Positions 10,995 through 21,766 are shown, counted from the first letter of the stretch. The stretch is DNA of 32,000 bases from Mesoplasma florum L1 (GCF_000008305.1 NC_006055.1:750001-782000), one strand, 5' to 3'. Numbers and translations are program-made. The notes: generated from the letters alone by a model not told the origin.

Positions 10995-12911
10995 ATGGCA
11001 AAATATTTAGTATTACTTGAATCACCATCAAAGGTTGAAAAGATTAAACATTATTTAGAGAAAAATTTTCAAGAAGATTCTTTTGAGGTTTTAGCTAGTG
11101 GTGGTCATATTAACAGAATAGCAGACTCTGGACCTTGAGGGCTTGGAATAGACCTTCAAACAATGACACCAACATTTAAAATAGAAACAACAAAGAAAAA
11201 GAATGTTTCTGAAATTGTAAAAGCTGGTAAAAGTGCGGATAAAATTATTCTTGCTTCCGATCCCGACCGTGAAGGAGAAGCTATTGCTTGACATTTAGCA
11301 AATCTTTTTGCTAAAGATAATAAAGAAATAAAAAGAATAACATTTAATGAAATTACTGAAAGTGCTGTTGTTAAGGCTTTTGGTGAAATGAGAGAAATAG
11401 ATATAGATTTAGTTAACGCACAGTTGTCTAGACAAATGTTAGATAAAATAATCGGATATATGGTTTCTAATTCTCTTCAAAAAAGCACAGGATTATTAAG
11501 CGCAGGTAGGGTTCAAACACCAGCATTAAAAATACTTGTTGATAGAGATAAAATAATTAAAGCTTTCGTTGAAACTATTTATAAAAAGATTTTTGTTATG
11601 GATTCAAAGCAAAATGTTAAATTATTTTTATACAAAGACGATAATAACTTAGTTGTAAATGATCCAAAAAATTATTATATTTCTGAAGAACAATCTAAAG
11701 TTATTATAAATAACTTAGGTGAAGATTATAAATGTACTAAATATAAAGCCAAAGAATTTGAAGTAAGAAGCTTTAAACCTTATTCAACAGCTAGTTTGCT
11801 ACAGGATGGTTTTAGTAAATTGAGAATGAGTGCTGCTCAAATTACAGTTGCTGCTCAAAAACTTTATGAAGCAGGACTTGTGACATATATAAGAACAGAT
11901 TCTAATAGATATTCTAGTGATTTTGTTCTTGAAGCTAAGAATTTTATTAATAAAAATTTTAAAGGTGATCTTTTTAAAGAAGCTGTTCCTGTAAGAACTC
12001 AAGCTAATGCGCAAGAAGCCCATGAGTCAATTAGACCAACAGATTTAAACCAACGACCAGAAAACATATCTTCACAAATAGAAGACAAAAATATGATTAG
12101 ACTTTATAACTTAATTTGATGAAATACAGTTAAATCATTAATGAAAGGTCCTAGTGGTTTCTATCACAACTGAACTTTCTGAAATAATGGTTATGAATTT
12201 AAACAAAGTTGAAAAGAAGTATTGGATTTAGGATACAACAAATTGGATAAATTTGAAACCGATGAGGATGTTGAGCTTGATGAAAATGATGATGAGATTT
12301 CTAATGATGATGAAATCAAGCCACCTTTTGAATTTAAGGAAAATTATGTTTTCTCAATTAATAAAAACGCAATAGTCACAGAAGAGGCTAAAACATCTCC
12401 ACCAAGAATGTTTAACCAAGCAAGTTTGGTTAGAGAGCTAAAAGATTTGGGTATTGGAAGACCTTCAACTTATACTCCAACTCTTTCAAAATTAAAAGAA
12501 CGAGAATATGCAATACCACATAGAGGTAAACCATTTGAAGTTACTGAAAAAGGGTATCAAGCAGAAGAGTTTTTATATAATAAATATGAAGATTTCTTCA
12601 ATGTTAATTACACAGCTAAAATGGAAGAAAATTTAGATGAGATAGCAGAAGGTAAGTTTGATTACAAAGATTGAATTAAGACAATTTATGAAGACTTAAA
12701 TGCTTCTGTGAAAGCTCAAATTCAAGAAGCTAAGACTAGCGATATAAAATGCCCTAGATGTCATGAAGGTAATCTTGTATTTATTAAATCTAAATTTGGT
12801 AGAGGTAGAGGTTGTTCTAACTTCACAACAACTAAATGCGGATATCGTGAATATGAACAAAGAGATGGTTCATGATTAGAATACGTTGCTAAGCCAAAAG
12901 AAACAAAATAA
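10995..12911 (+). CDS. topA: DNA topoisomerase I
   Basis: The Toprim domain reads MAKYLVLLESPSKVEKI...ASDPDREGEAIAWH. SAGRVQTPAL and the active-site region YIRTDS are present. A C-terminal Zn ribbon reads CPRCHEGNLVFIKSKFGRGRGCSNFTTTKC. Length is 639 codons with several TGA-Trp codons, ending in TAA at 12909-12911. Confidence 0.95.
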
Positions 12912-12943
12912 AAAAACAAGGTTTTAAAAATCCTTGTTTTTTT
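12911..12943. terminator. Bidirectional intrinsic terminator between topA and the convergent nuclease gene
   Basis: ACAAGG (12916-12921) pairs with CCTTGT (12932-12937), flanked by an A-run and a T-run. Confidence 0.7.
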
Positions 12944-12944
12944 A

Positions 12945-13628
12945 TTATATTTTTAAAGATTTTAAAATGGCTAAAATTTCTTCTTTTTCAGTATTTGCTT
13001 TTAATAAAGTTTCTTCATCAATCAAATATATTTGTTTGTTAATTAGATTACAATTTATAACAAAAAAACTTTGTAACTCAAAACCTGAAAATTTTACTTG
13101 TTTAAATCTTTCTTTTAGTAAATCATTATATAAAACAACTTGTAATGCTTCTTTGTTTTTAGCAAGTAATTTAGTTGTTTTTATATCTCCTATTACATAC
13201 TTTTTAAGCTTTGTATTTATTAATAACAAATCAAGTGTTCCAACGTATTCTTTTCCTATCATTGAAAGTTCGCTTATTATTTCTCATCCTTCAGATTCAG
13301 GATAGTCATTAGAAATTTTGTTTAAAACTCATAACAATCACTCTTTCATTTCAAAATGCGATTTGATCTCACAACAATTCTTAGTTACTTTTTCATTTAT
13401 AAAGTTTTCAGCAATTTTATGTAAATGTTTTCCTCTTGCAATTGCTAAATCTAATATTTGCTGACCTTCAGGTGTTTCGGCAAAAGATGTATCAAATACA
13501 TGATGAGGAAGTAAATCAATAAGTTTTGACACACTAGGTTTGTTAACTTCAATTCCATCTAAATAATATTTGTGAGTTAACTCTTCAATTAAAATATTTC
13601 TTTCTAGAATTTTTTTTACTTTTTTCAT
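12945..13628 (-). CDS. PD-(D/E)XK nuclease superfamily protein (RecB/Cas4/YqaJ-like fold), function unknown
   Basis: ORFs 13338..13628 and 12945..13262 join in frame through TGA codons. An N-terminal HKYYLDG...PSVSKLI box and a GTLDLLL..(13 aa)..GDIKT arrangement fit the D...(D/E)xK nuclease core. The assignment is by motif only. Confidence 0.5.
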
Positions 13629-13696
13629 TACACACCACCTTTAAACATTATTATACAAAAAAGATTAAAATATATAAAAACAAGGAAGTAAACTAA

Positions 13697-14392
13697 ATGC
13701 AAAAATACATAAAAAATTTTAAAGTTTCATTTTTAAATGATGCTAACAGTTATTTAATTGTTAATGAAATATCTAAAAAAGCAATATTAATTGATGGCGG
13801 TTACAATGCAAATTTAATATTAAATTATTTAATAAATAACAATTTAGATTTAACAGATATTTTTATTACACACTTTCACCATGATCATATTGTTGGTCTG
13901 GACTACATCTCTATACAAACAAACGCTAATATTCATATACATGAATATGATTTCGAATATTTATTTGACGTCAATGTAAATGGAACTCAAAATGGTCAAA
14001 AAGTTGATTTTACTAATCAGAAGATTTCATTTAAAGTATTTGATAAAAATTTAAAGTTAACAATTAATGATTTCTTAATAAATGTTATACATAAAGGCGG
14101 TCATTCTAAAGGAACTACATTTTACGAGGTAGATAACCAATATTTATTTGTGGGAGATACGCTTTTTATTGATGGATTTGGATATCATAAAAAACTTTTT
14201 AGTGACGCAGTCAACCACCCTTTAAAGAATATGTTTGATAAGACTTGTAATGATGAAATATTTTTTGAGTCCATAAAATCTATTGGTAACGAATTTAGTG
14301 AACATTTAATTTATCCTGGTCACTGAAAAGAAGGTTTTAAAATAAAAGAGATTATTGCGAACAATAATCATCCTTTTAATAAATTAAAATAA
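13697..14392 (+). CDS. MBL-fold metallo-hydrolase
   Basis: The HxHxDH motif (THFHHDHIVG), a downstream GGHSKGT and GDTLF are present. The TGA at 14324 is read as Trp and the stop is TAA at 14390-14392 (231 aa). Confidence 0.75.
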
Positions 14393-14406
14393 GTGTTATC
14401 ATACTA

Positions 14407-14437
14407 TAAAAAAAGATGTGTACTCACATCTTTTTTA
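14407..14437. terminator. Bidirectional intrinsic terminator
   Basis: AAGATGTG (14413-14420), a TACT loop and CACATCTT (14425-14432) form the hairpin. It has an A-run on the left and T6 on the right, between convergent genes. Confidence 0.7.
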
Positions 14438-15022
14438 TTATCTTAATTTCTTAGGTATAAATATAACTAAAAGTCCAGCTACACAAATTAAAATTAATAT
14501 TCCTGAAAATGCTCCCATATCAAAAATTTGAGATGCTGATGTATAAATATCTTGCCCATTTGAATTTGTTATACTATTTGTTATATTAGTAAATTTAAGA
14601 ACAAAAAATACTATAGAAACTAAAACTAAAATAACTCCCACAAAAGCAAATAATCTTGACACTAAAAATATTTTATTATTTCCTTTTTCTTCCTTAACTT
14701 CAATAAAGCTTGTTAATAAAGGAATGAGTGCTGAAAGAAAACTTATTGTTAATCCAGCAACTAAAAGTCCATAAGTGTCATGATATAAAACATTATAAGG
14801 AGACACTAAATTAAGTGAATTATTAATTTGCTCATTGATCAAAGCTATTTTTGATAGATTTATTACGTTTAAGTAATATAAATCATTTTCTCCATAATAA
14901 ACTTTTTGTCTTAAACCTATTCCTTCAACAGCAGCTATTAATAAGCAACTAACTGTAATTATTACAAACATATTTAAAAAAACATTTTTATGTTTATTAA
15001 ATCATTCATTTTTTATTATCAT
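14438..15022 (-). CDS. Hypothetical integral membrane protein (about 4 TM helices)
   Basis: ATG at 15022-15020 follows AAGAGGA. The extension MIIKNEWFNKHKNVFLN sits upstream of the track ORF across a TGA. Hydrophobic segments are visible but I recognise no motif. Confidence 0.5.
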
Positions 15023-15063
15023 ATGATCCTCTTTTCTATTTGAATTATACAATATATATTATT

Positions 15064-16458
15064 TTATTTTTTAAATTTAGATTTTATTCATTCTATGCAC
15101 ATAAAACCTTCATTTAATTTTGTCGGTAATATTAAATTTAAAATTATACCTATAAATGCAGCTAGCCCTAATCCAGGTAAATTGAATGAACCTATGTCTA
15201 TTCCTTCACCTAATACGCTAAGAACAACTCCAATTACTAATACTGTAGCTGATATGAATACATTTCTCATATTCATAAAATCTGTTTTACTTGTTATCAT
15301 TATTCTTACACCATTAATACTTATAAATCCAAACATAATCATTCCAACACCACCCATTACAGGCTCTGGTAGCATTGATATTGTTTGGTTAACTGGTGCA
15401 ACAAATGATAAAATTATAGCTATTACTGCGGCTCCACCAGTTACTCACACAGATGCAACCTTTGTCATACCAATAACCGCTGTATTTTCACCATAAGTAG
15501 TGTTTGGTGGGCCACCAACTAAACCATCAAATACTATAGAAACACCATCTGCAATAAGTGTTCTATGTATACCAGGGTCTTTTACAAAATCTTTTTTAGT
15601 TATGTATCCCATTGCTATATGATCGCCAATATGTTCTGCCATTGCAATTATTGCTAATGGTGATATTGCTAATATCGCTGGCAATATATTTTTGGCTTCT
15701 TGTTTTCATAATGGTTTGAATGAAGGATATCATTCTCACTGAGATACATCTGTTATTTTTGTTGTATCTATTAATGTTGAATTTTTCATTGAAAAATGAA
15801 TAATCAAACTTAAAACGAATCCTGATAATATTCCAATCATAACCGGAATAACTTTTGCTATCCCTTTAGCTTTCAATGTTACTATAATAGTCACCATAAA
15901 AGTAAATACTGCTATTAGTGCTGCAATTCATTGTGCATATCCCTTTGCTGAATCACTCCAACTTTTTGCACTTGTTATACCCGCATTAGCTAATGCAGAA
16001 GGTGCTGCGCTTAATCCAATTATCATTATTAAAGGTCCTATAACAATTACAGGAAATATTTTTTCAATAAAACCAGTACCTAAATAATATACTAATATCC
16101 CAAATAATATATAAATCAGTCCAGCAACCATTATAGCCACAAATACTGAATTTCCATATGCTTGATAATTCATTCCGATCGCTGTCATATACGCAAACGA
16201 ACTACCTAAATACATTGGCACTTTTGCTTTTGTTAAAGCAATATATATTAATGTTCCAACACCAGAACAAAATAATGCCATTGAAGAAGTCATTACAACC
16301 TCTTTAGCAAGTCCATTTATAATAATGGGAACAAGCACTGTTGATCCAAACATAGCAAACACATGTTGAATAGAAAATATAAATCATTGTCCATAACTTT
16401 TTGGCTTTTCTCTCGGCTCTAAAGCAAGACCTATTTCTTCTTGTTTTAACTCTTTCAT
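15064..16458 (-). CDS. NCS2-family nucleobase permease (uracil/xanthine permease)
   Basis: The start MKELKQEEIGLALEPREKPKSYGQWFIFSIQHVFAMFGSTVLVPII has the QH..AMFG.TVLVP signature of UraA/PyrP/PbuX. Pieces 15928.., 15445.. and 15088.. are in frame. The TGA at 15088 reads through to TAA at 15064-15066 (465 codons). Confidence 0.85.
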
Positions 16459-16477
16459 TTTCCCCTCTTTCCGTTTT

Positions 16478-16514
16478 TACAAAAAAAATAATCGTCTATA
16501 AAAGACGATTATTT
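16478..16514 (-). terminator. Strong intrinsic terminator/attenuator hairpin about 20 nt upstream of the permease ATG
   Basis: A perfect 12-bp stem pairs AAATAATCGTCT (16486-16497) with AGACGATTATTT (16503-16514) around a 5-nt loop. On the minus strand a U8 tract follows. Confidence 0.75.
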
Positions 16515-16580
16515 GGTTGTTAAAAACTTGTTTTCGATTATTGGTGGATTTTTTAAAAAATGTTTAATTAATTTTTTCAT
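16509..16580 (-). CDS. Candidate 23-aa leader peptide MKKLIKHFLKNPPIIENKFLTTK
   Basis: ATG at 16580-16578 lies 8 nt downstream of a GGAGGTG SD (16587-16593). The TAA stop at 16509-16511 falls inside the 5' arm of the terminator stem. Confidence 0.4.
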   Translation of the reverse strand: MKKLIKHFLKNPPIIENKFLTTK

Positions 16581-16610
16581 AAAAAACACCTCCAACAAAT
16601 CTTAAAATTT

Positions 16611-16616
16611 ATTATA
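16611..16616 (-). promoter_or_regulatory. Candidate -10 box (TATAAT) for the leader/permease transcript
   Basis: The minus strand has a perfect TATAAT about 17 nt upstream of the SD of the leader ORF. The -35 is weak. Confidence 0.35.
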
Positions 16617-16636
16617 GTTTATTTAAAATAAAAAAT

Positions 16637-17329
16637 CTATATTCCTGTTGAATTTAATTGAGTTTGCAATTCTTTATAATTTGGGCAATACCTTTCAACA
16701 AAATGTCAAAATTCTTTTGAATGATTTGGGTGTAAAATATGTGTTAACTCATGAATGATAACATAACTAATGATTTCATCATTAAAATGCAATAATTTTG
16801 TGTTGTACGCTATTTTAGAATCTTTAGGCAAACAATATCCTCATTTAGCCTTCATAAGTTTAACATTGACATTTCTAAATTGAACATTCATTTTCAAGCT
16901 TCAATCAATTGTTCTTGAAATGAATCAATTTTTATAATGTTTAGCTAAAATACTATAAAGCTTTTTAACTTGTTCTTCTTGGTTAAAATAATTTTTCATA
17001 TAAATCTTATTGTTTTCAATTTTAGATCTTGTTAAATTTTCATCTATTATTATTTCCATCTCTTGGTCAAAAACTTTAACTCAAGGTTTTAAAGTATTGA
17101 AATCATATACTGATGCAATTATATGCTTATTTTGAACTGAAACTATTTTTGAAATATTTTTATAAATAATTTTTTCAATTTCTCAATCAGGTGTATTAAA
17201 AGGTGCACTAATTCTAACTTCGCCTTGTATAACTCTTAAAATGATGTGTTTCTGTTCTTTATATGTAATTGTATAGCTTAAATTATTGCCTTGATAAGAC
17301 AACGTTTTTTTAATTTTTAAACTAGACAT
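16637..17329 (-). CDS. DUF45/YgjP-like (M48-type) zinc metallohydrolase
   Basis: The C-terminal region has an HExxH motif ([19 protein letters not shown]). ATG at 17329-17327 overlaps the ychF stop. The gene ends in TAG at 16637-16639 and has 231 codons with many TGA-Trp codons, so it is missing from the standard-code ORF track. Confidence 0.7.
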
Positions 17330-18416
17330 TAAATTTAAAGAAACAAACATCACCGTCTTGCATTATGTAACCTTTACCTTCAAGACGCATTTTTCCAGAT
17401 TCTTTAACTTTCTTTTCATCCCCTAATTCAATAAGGTCTTGAACATTATAAATATCTGCTTTAATGAATCCTCTTTCAAAGTCAGTGTGTATTACACCAG
17501 CACATTGAGGTGCTGTTCATCCTTTTTTATATTGTCAGCTTCTAGCTTCTTGTGGTCCTGCTGTAAAATATGTTTCTAAGTCTAGTGCTTCATATGCCGC
17601 TTTTATAACTTGTTCTAAACCAGAATATTTAACACCTAAGTCATTTAAAAACTCAGCCTTTTCTTCAGGTGTTGCTTCACTTAAATCTTCTTCAATTTTG
17701 GCACAAATTTTTACAACTGAAGCGTTATTATTTAAAGCAAATTCTTTAACTTGTTTAACATATTCATTGTCTTCAATTAATTCATCATCATTAACATTAG
17801 CAACATAAATGAAAGTTTTTGCAGTTAAGAATTGGAAACCTTTAAGAATTTTATCTTCTTCATCATTTAATTCTAATGTATTTAAAAGTTTATTTGAATC
17901 TAAACATTCAGCAGCCTTTTTTAGAACTTCCATTTCAGCTACTAAAGTTTTATCTCCACCACGAACCTTTGGAGTTATTCTTTCAATACGTTTTTTAATT
18001 GTAGCTTCATCAGATAACATTAATTCTAAGTTTATGATTTCAATATCTCTTATAGGGTCAACGCTTCCTTCAACGTGTGTTATATCTTTATTTTCAAAAC
18101 ATCTAACAACTTCACAAATTGCATCAGTCTCTCTAATGTTAGCTAAAAATGCATTACCCAAACCTTCACCTTTTGATGCTCCTGCAATTAAACCTGCAAT
18201 GTCAACAAATTCAATTGTCGTAGCTATTTTTTTCTTTGAATTAAATATTTCATTAATTTTATCTAATCTTTCATCTGGAACTTCAACAACACCTACGTTT
18301 GGTTCTATTGTTGCAAATGGATAATTTGCTGCTTCTACATTTGAATTTGTTATTGCATTAAATAAAGTTGACTTACCTACATTTGGTAAACCTACTATTC
18401 CTACTTTTAAACTCAT
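17322..18416 (-). CDS. ychF: Redox-regulated ATPase YchF (Obg-family GTPase fold)
   Basis: The start reads [43 protein letters not shown]. The C-terminal TGS-like end reads [18 protein letters not shown]...[12 protein letters not shown]. Length is 365 codons, ending in TAG at 17322-17324. Confidence 0.95.
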
Positions 18417-18417
18417 C

Positions 18418-18615
18418 TTATTCTCCTTCTTTTTTTATTATTTGTTTTATTTGTTTATCTAAAACACTTCTTCTTAATTCTATAAATAAATCAAACTTGT
18501 CAGTACTTTTAAATTTGTATAGCGCACCAATGCGAATTAGTTCTCATTTTACAGTTCCACTTGGGTGCGATTTTTTAAAGACAACTAAATCACCGATTTG
18601 TAATTCTGTATGCAT
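18418..18615 (-). CDS. Small DUF951-like protein (YyzM-like; same position upstream of ychF as in Bacillus)
   Basis: The hand translation is MHTELQIGDLVVFKKSHPSGTVKWELIRIGALYKFKSTDKFDLFIELRRSVLDKQIKQIIKKEGE. Its ATG overlaps the rsmG stop (TAATG). Confidence 0.6.
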
Positions 18616-19319
18616 TATTTTTTACCGCTCTCTTTAACTATTTTTGCATATTCTCTTGGATAAAGTTCTGGAGTTGATTTTTCTTTTTCATAAAATAAAT
18701 TTATTCTTTCTCCGAAACCTGTATCAGCAAGAGACTGTTTATTAGTTAATTTTATTTTAAGTTTTTGATCAATATTTTTTGAGTTTTTTATTTCCTCATC
18801 AGCTCTTGGTCCTTTTAACAAAATTAATTTTCCTTGAATCTTTAAGAATCTAACGGCTAATTCTAAAATCACATCCAAATATGCAACAGCTCTAGAAATT
18901 GCTATATCATATTTTTCGTTTTCAATTCTAGCCAATTCTTCTGCTCTTGCATGTTTTGCTTCAATTTGTTTTAGATTCAGTTTTTTAATTACAATGTTAA
19001 GAAAATTTATTTTTTTATTATTTGAATCAATTAGAGTAATATCTGTTTCAGGAAAAAATATTTTTAAAACTATTCCTGGGAAGCCAGGCCCTGTTCCAAT
19101 ATCTATAATTTTTTGATTATCAATTTTTGTTTCCTTTGTAAATAATAAAGAATCTAAAAAATGTTTTTCATAAACATCTTCTTCATTTGTTATTCTTGTT
19201 AAATTATATTTTAAGTTTTCTTCAACAAGTATTTTATAATACTCATTTAATTTATCTTTTATTTCTTCTGATGGAACAAAGCCTAAATTGTCTTCAAAAA
19301 TTTTTCAATTATTAAACAT
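18615..19319 (-). CDS. rsmG: 16S rRNA (guanine527-N7)-methyltransferase
   Basis: The translation reads MFNNWKIFEDNLGF...YNLTRITNEEDVYEKHFLDSL...IIDIGTGPGFPGIVLKI, which contains the SAM motif, then RAVA. Length is 235 codons. Confidence 0.9.
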
Positions 19320-19354
19320 TGTTCACATCTCCTTTTCTTCTTTTAACTTAAATT

Positions 19355-19363
19355 ATTATAGCA
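19355..19363 (-). promoter_or_regulatory. Candidate extended -10 promoter (TGCTATAAT) for the rsmG operon
   Basis: The minus strand reads TGCTATAAT about 36 nt upstream of the rsmG ATG, just downstream of the pgsA terminator. Confidence 0.45.
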
Positions 19364-19385
19364 CATACCTTCTTTTTAAGATTGC

Positions 19386-19412
19386 TAAATAAAAAGGAAC
19401 ATAAGTTCCTTT
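19386..19412 (-). terminator. Intrinsic terminator after pgsA
   Basis: The minus-strand RNA forms AAGGAAC-UUAU-GUUCCUU followed by UUUUAUUU. Confidence 0.7.
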
Positions 19413-19417
19413 GTTTA

Positions 19418-20035
19418 CTAAAATAAATTTTTTCTTGCTTTTAAGAAATAATCCAAACCACTATATAAACTGAAAGCTACAGCTATATACATTGGAATTA
19501 AAATCAATTGTTCTTGTCAAACTTCTATATTAAGAGTAAATGAGCTAAAAAAGAATAAGATTGATAATCCAATCATTTGGAAAACTGTTTTTAATTTTCC
19601 AAAAATTCCTGCAGATAAAGTTATATTTTTTGAACTCAATATCATTCTAATAAAATCTACAAATATATCTCTTAGGATTAAGACTAAAGTTACTCAAACA
19701 GGTATTATAGAAATACTTGAAGCGAATAAAATTAAAGTTGCATTAACAAGAAGTTTGTCTGCTATTGGGTCAAAGAATTTCCCAAATTCTGTAACTTGAT
19801 TATTCTTTCTAGCTAAGTATCCATCTAAAAAATCTGTGAAACTTGCTACGATGAATACAATACCAGCTAATAGCATTGTTAATGTTATATGGAATGTTGA
19901 AGTGTCAGTTCCAATTATAAAACTTTTATCTCAATCACAAATGTTTGATATAACAAGCATAACAACAACAGGAACTAAAAGTAATCTTATTAGAGTTAAT
20001 CAATTAGGTAGATTTAATTTTTGTTTTTGTTTCAT
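19418..20035 (-). CDS. pgsA: CDP-diacylglycerol--glycerol-3-phosphate 3-phosphatidyltransferase
   Basis: The N-terminus MKQKQKLNLPNWLTLIRLLLVP and the CDP-alcohol phosphotransferase motif DFLDGYLARKNNQVTEFGKFFDPIADK are present. Length is 206 codons, ending in TAG-TAA. Confidence 0.9.
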
Positions 20036-21650
20036 TGTTTATTTCTCTAAGTTCTTGGGCTTCTTTGGCTGCCATTCAGTTATTAACTTTCATGTCTTTA
20101 TCAATTTCGCCTTCAAATCCATTTTCAAATGGATTTATTTTGAACATTCTTTCTTGTAATAATCATATAACAATTGTCGCTAATAAAGTAACGATGAAAA
20201 TAATTGTAAACATCATTCCGCCATTTGTTTTTCAATTCATGTCAGATGAATCAATTAATTGAGGTGCTAAGAAAACAATTAATCCACATATTGTAAAGAA
20301 TAAGAATAATGTTGTTGAAATGATTGCTGAAGGTCAAAAGAATTTAACTTTACTTACTTTTACTTTTTGAGTTTTTCTATTTCACATTGCTGCAATCATT
20401 AACATTGATATAACAATAAATATTAGAACTACACAAACTGATGACATTATTCCTACATAGAACATAGGAGATGTTAAATAAGCAATGTAAATTACTTTTT
20501 GAGTTTCAGGATCAAAGAAATTTATGTTTACATTTGTTGACATACCCGCTCATTTTCCATGAGATGAAAGACCACCTACTAAAATTAACGCAACATAAAA
20601 AGTTACTGATATAGCCATTTGTGTAAAAGCTGATTTTTTAAATCCATTACCACCTTTTCTTAAATATGTTAATTTCATATTATGATCTGATAGTAAATTA
20701 GACGTTCCAAAATGTGTAAACATATTTATATTTAGTAAGCATATTAAAAACATTATTAAGTAAACAACTGTACTTGCAGCTTTTATTGATGTGTCTGATG
20801 GGTGTTCACTGAAACCTGAAAATACTTGTATCAAAACAGTTTCAACACTTCCATCACCACCTAAAAATAAGGATATAGCCATTAAAACATAAAACATTGT
20901 TATGAATATTAATCCTGAAATAATCGCGATTGGTACAACTTCTTTGTTTTTAGCACTCTTTTGAGTGTTAGCTGTAAAAATATAGCCATCAAATGAAAAA
21001 AGTATAGCTCCCATTCCCCCTAAAAAGTTCATGAAAAGTAAATCTGTTCCACTATCCATTCCCATTCCATTACCTTTGGGATTTGAACCTAATATTGCAA
21101 TTAAAAATCCTGCAAAAAAAGCTATTATTAAAGGTATGAATTTAATAAACATTGCAAAAAATTGCATCTTTCTTGAAATATTTGCTGAATACACATTCAC
21201 AAAAGCAAATAGTACAAATAGTGAAACTCCCACAAGTATGTAAACACTCAATAAAGCTTTCGGATCTGGAGTTATTCCTGTGAAAGCAAAAAAGTAGGCA
21301 ATAGTTAAGCTTACAAATATTGATTGATAAGCTGGCATATAAATAGTTGTATATAATACAGAAACAAATGACGCAAATTTTCTATTTATGAATAATTTAC
21401 ATCAGTTGCTTACTGTTCCGTTTCCTTCTTTTTCAGTTGATTTTGCTATTTCCATAAAAACTACAATTGAAATAACACATACTAGTCCAATTGTTAGTCA
21501 TAACACAGTAGCTATTCAAGGACTCTTTGTTTGGCTTATTAGTTCTTGGTTTTTAACATAAATTCCTGAACCAATACAAATTCCTACAATAAGTAAAAAT
21601 AAGTATCAAAATTCATAAACCTTAGAACTTTTATCTCTTTTTTTAAACAT
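20004..21650 (-). CDS. APC-superfamily amino acid permease
   Basis: This is a 549-codon single frame joined by TGA codons, starting MFKKRDKSSKVYEFWYLFLLIVGICIGSGIYVKN. It has about 12 hydrophobic segments. The stop is TAA at 20004-20006, inside the start of pgsA. Confidence 0.75.
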
Positions 21651-21688
21651 CGATTTTTTCTCTTTCTTTTTTAAGTTAGTTATAAAAA

Positions 21689-21697
21689 AATATATCA
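21689..21697 (-). promoter_or_regulatory. Candidate extended -10 (TGATATATT) for the amino acid permease
   Basis: The minus strand reads TGATATATT with TTGTTT 17 nt upstream. It lies between the deoD terminator and the permease ATG. Confidence 0.35.
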
Positions 21698-21725
21698 AAA
21701 AAATAGAGGCAAAACAAGTCCAAGT

Positions 21726-21752
21726 AAAAAGACACATATAAATGTGCCTTTA
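21726..21752 (-). terminator. Intrinsic terminator after deoD
   Basis: AAAGACACAT (21728-21737) pairs with ATGTGCCTTT (21742-21751) with one mismatch. A U-tract follows on the minus strand. Confidence 0.7.
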
Positions 21753-21766
21753 AAAAGTATTATTTT

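Noticed and set aside
11091-12023. Minus-strand ORFs 11091..11294 and 11799..12023.
   Set aside because: Both are antisense to topA, whose translation is unambiguous across these coordinates.
16459-16636. A PyrR-type binding loop (UCCAGAGAGG-like) in the uracil permease leader.
   Set aside because: Only a partial AAUCCA match is present, and the conserved GAGAGG core is absent. The leader is therefore reported as a micro-ORF/terminator attenuator candidate instead.
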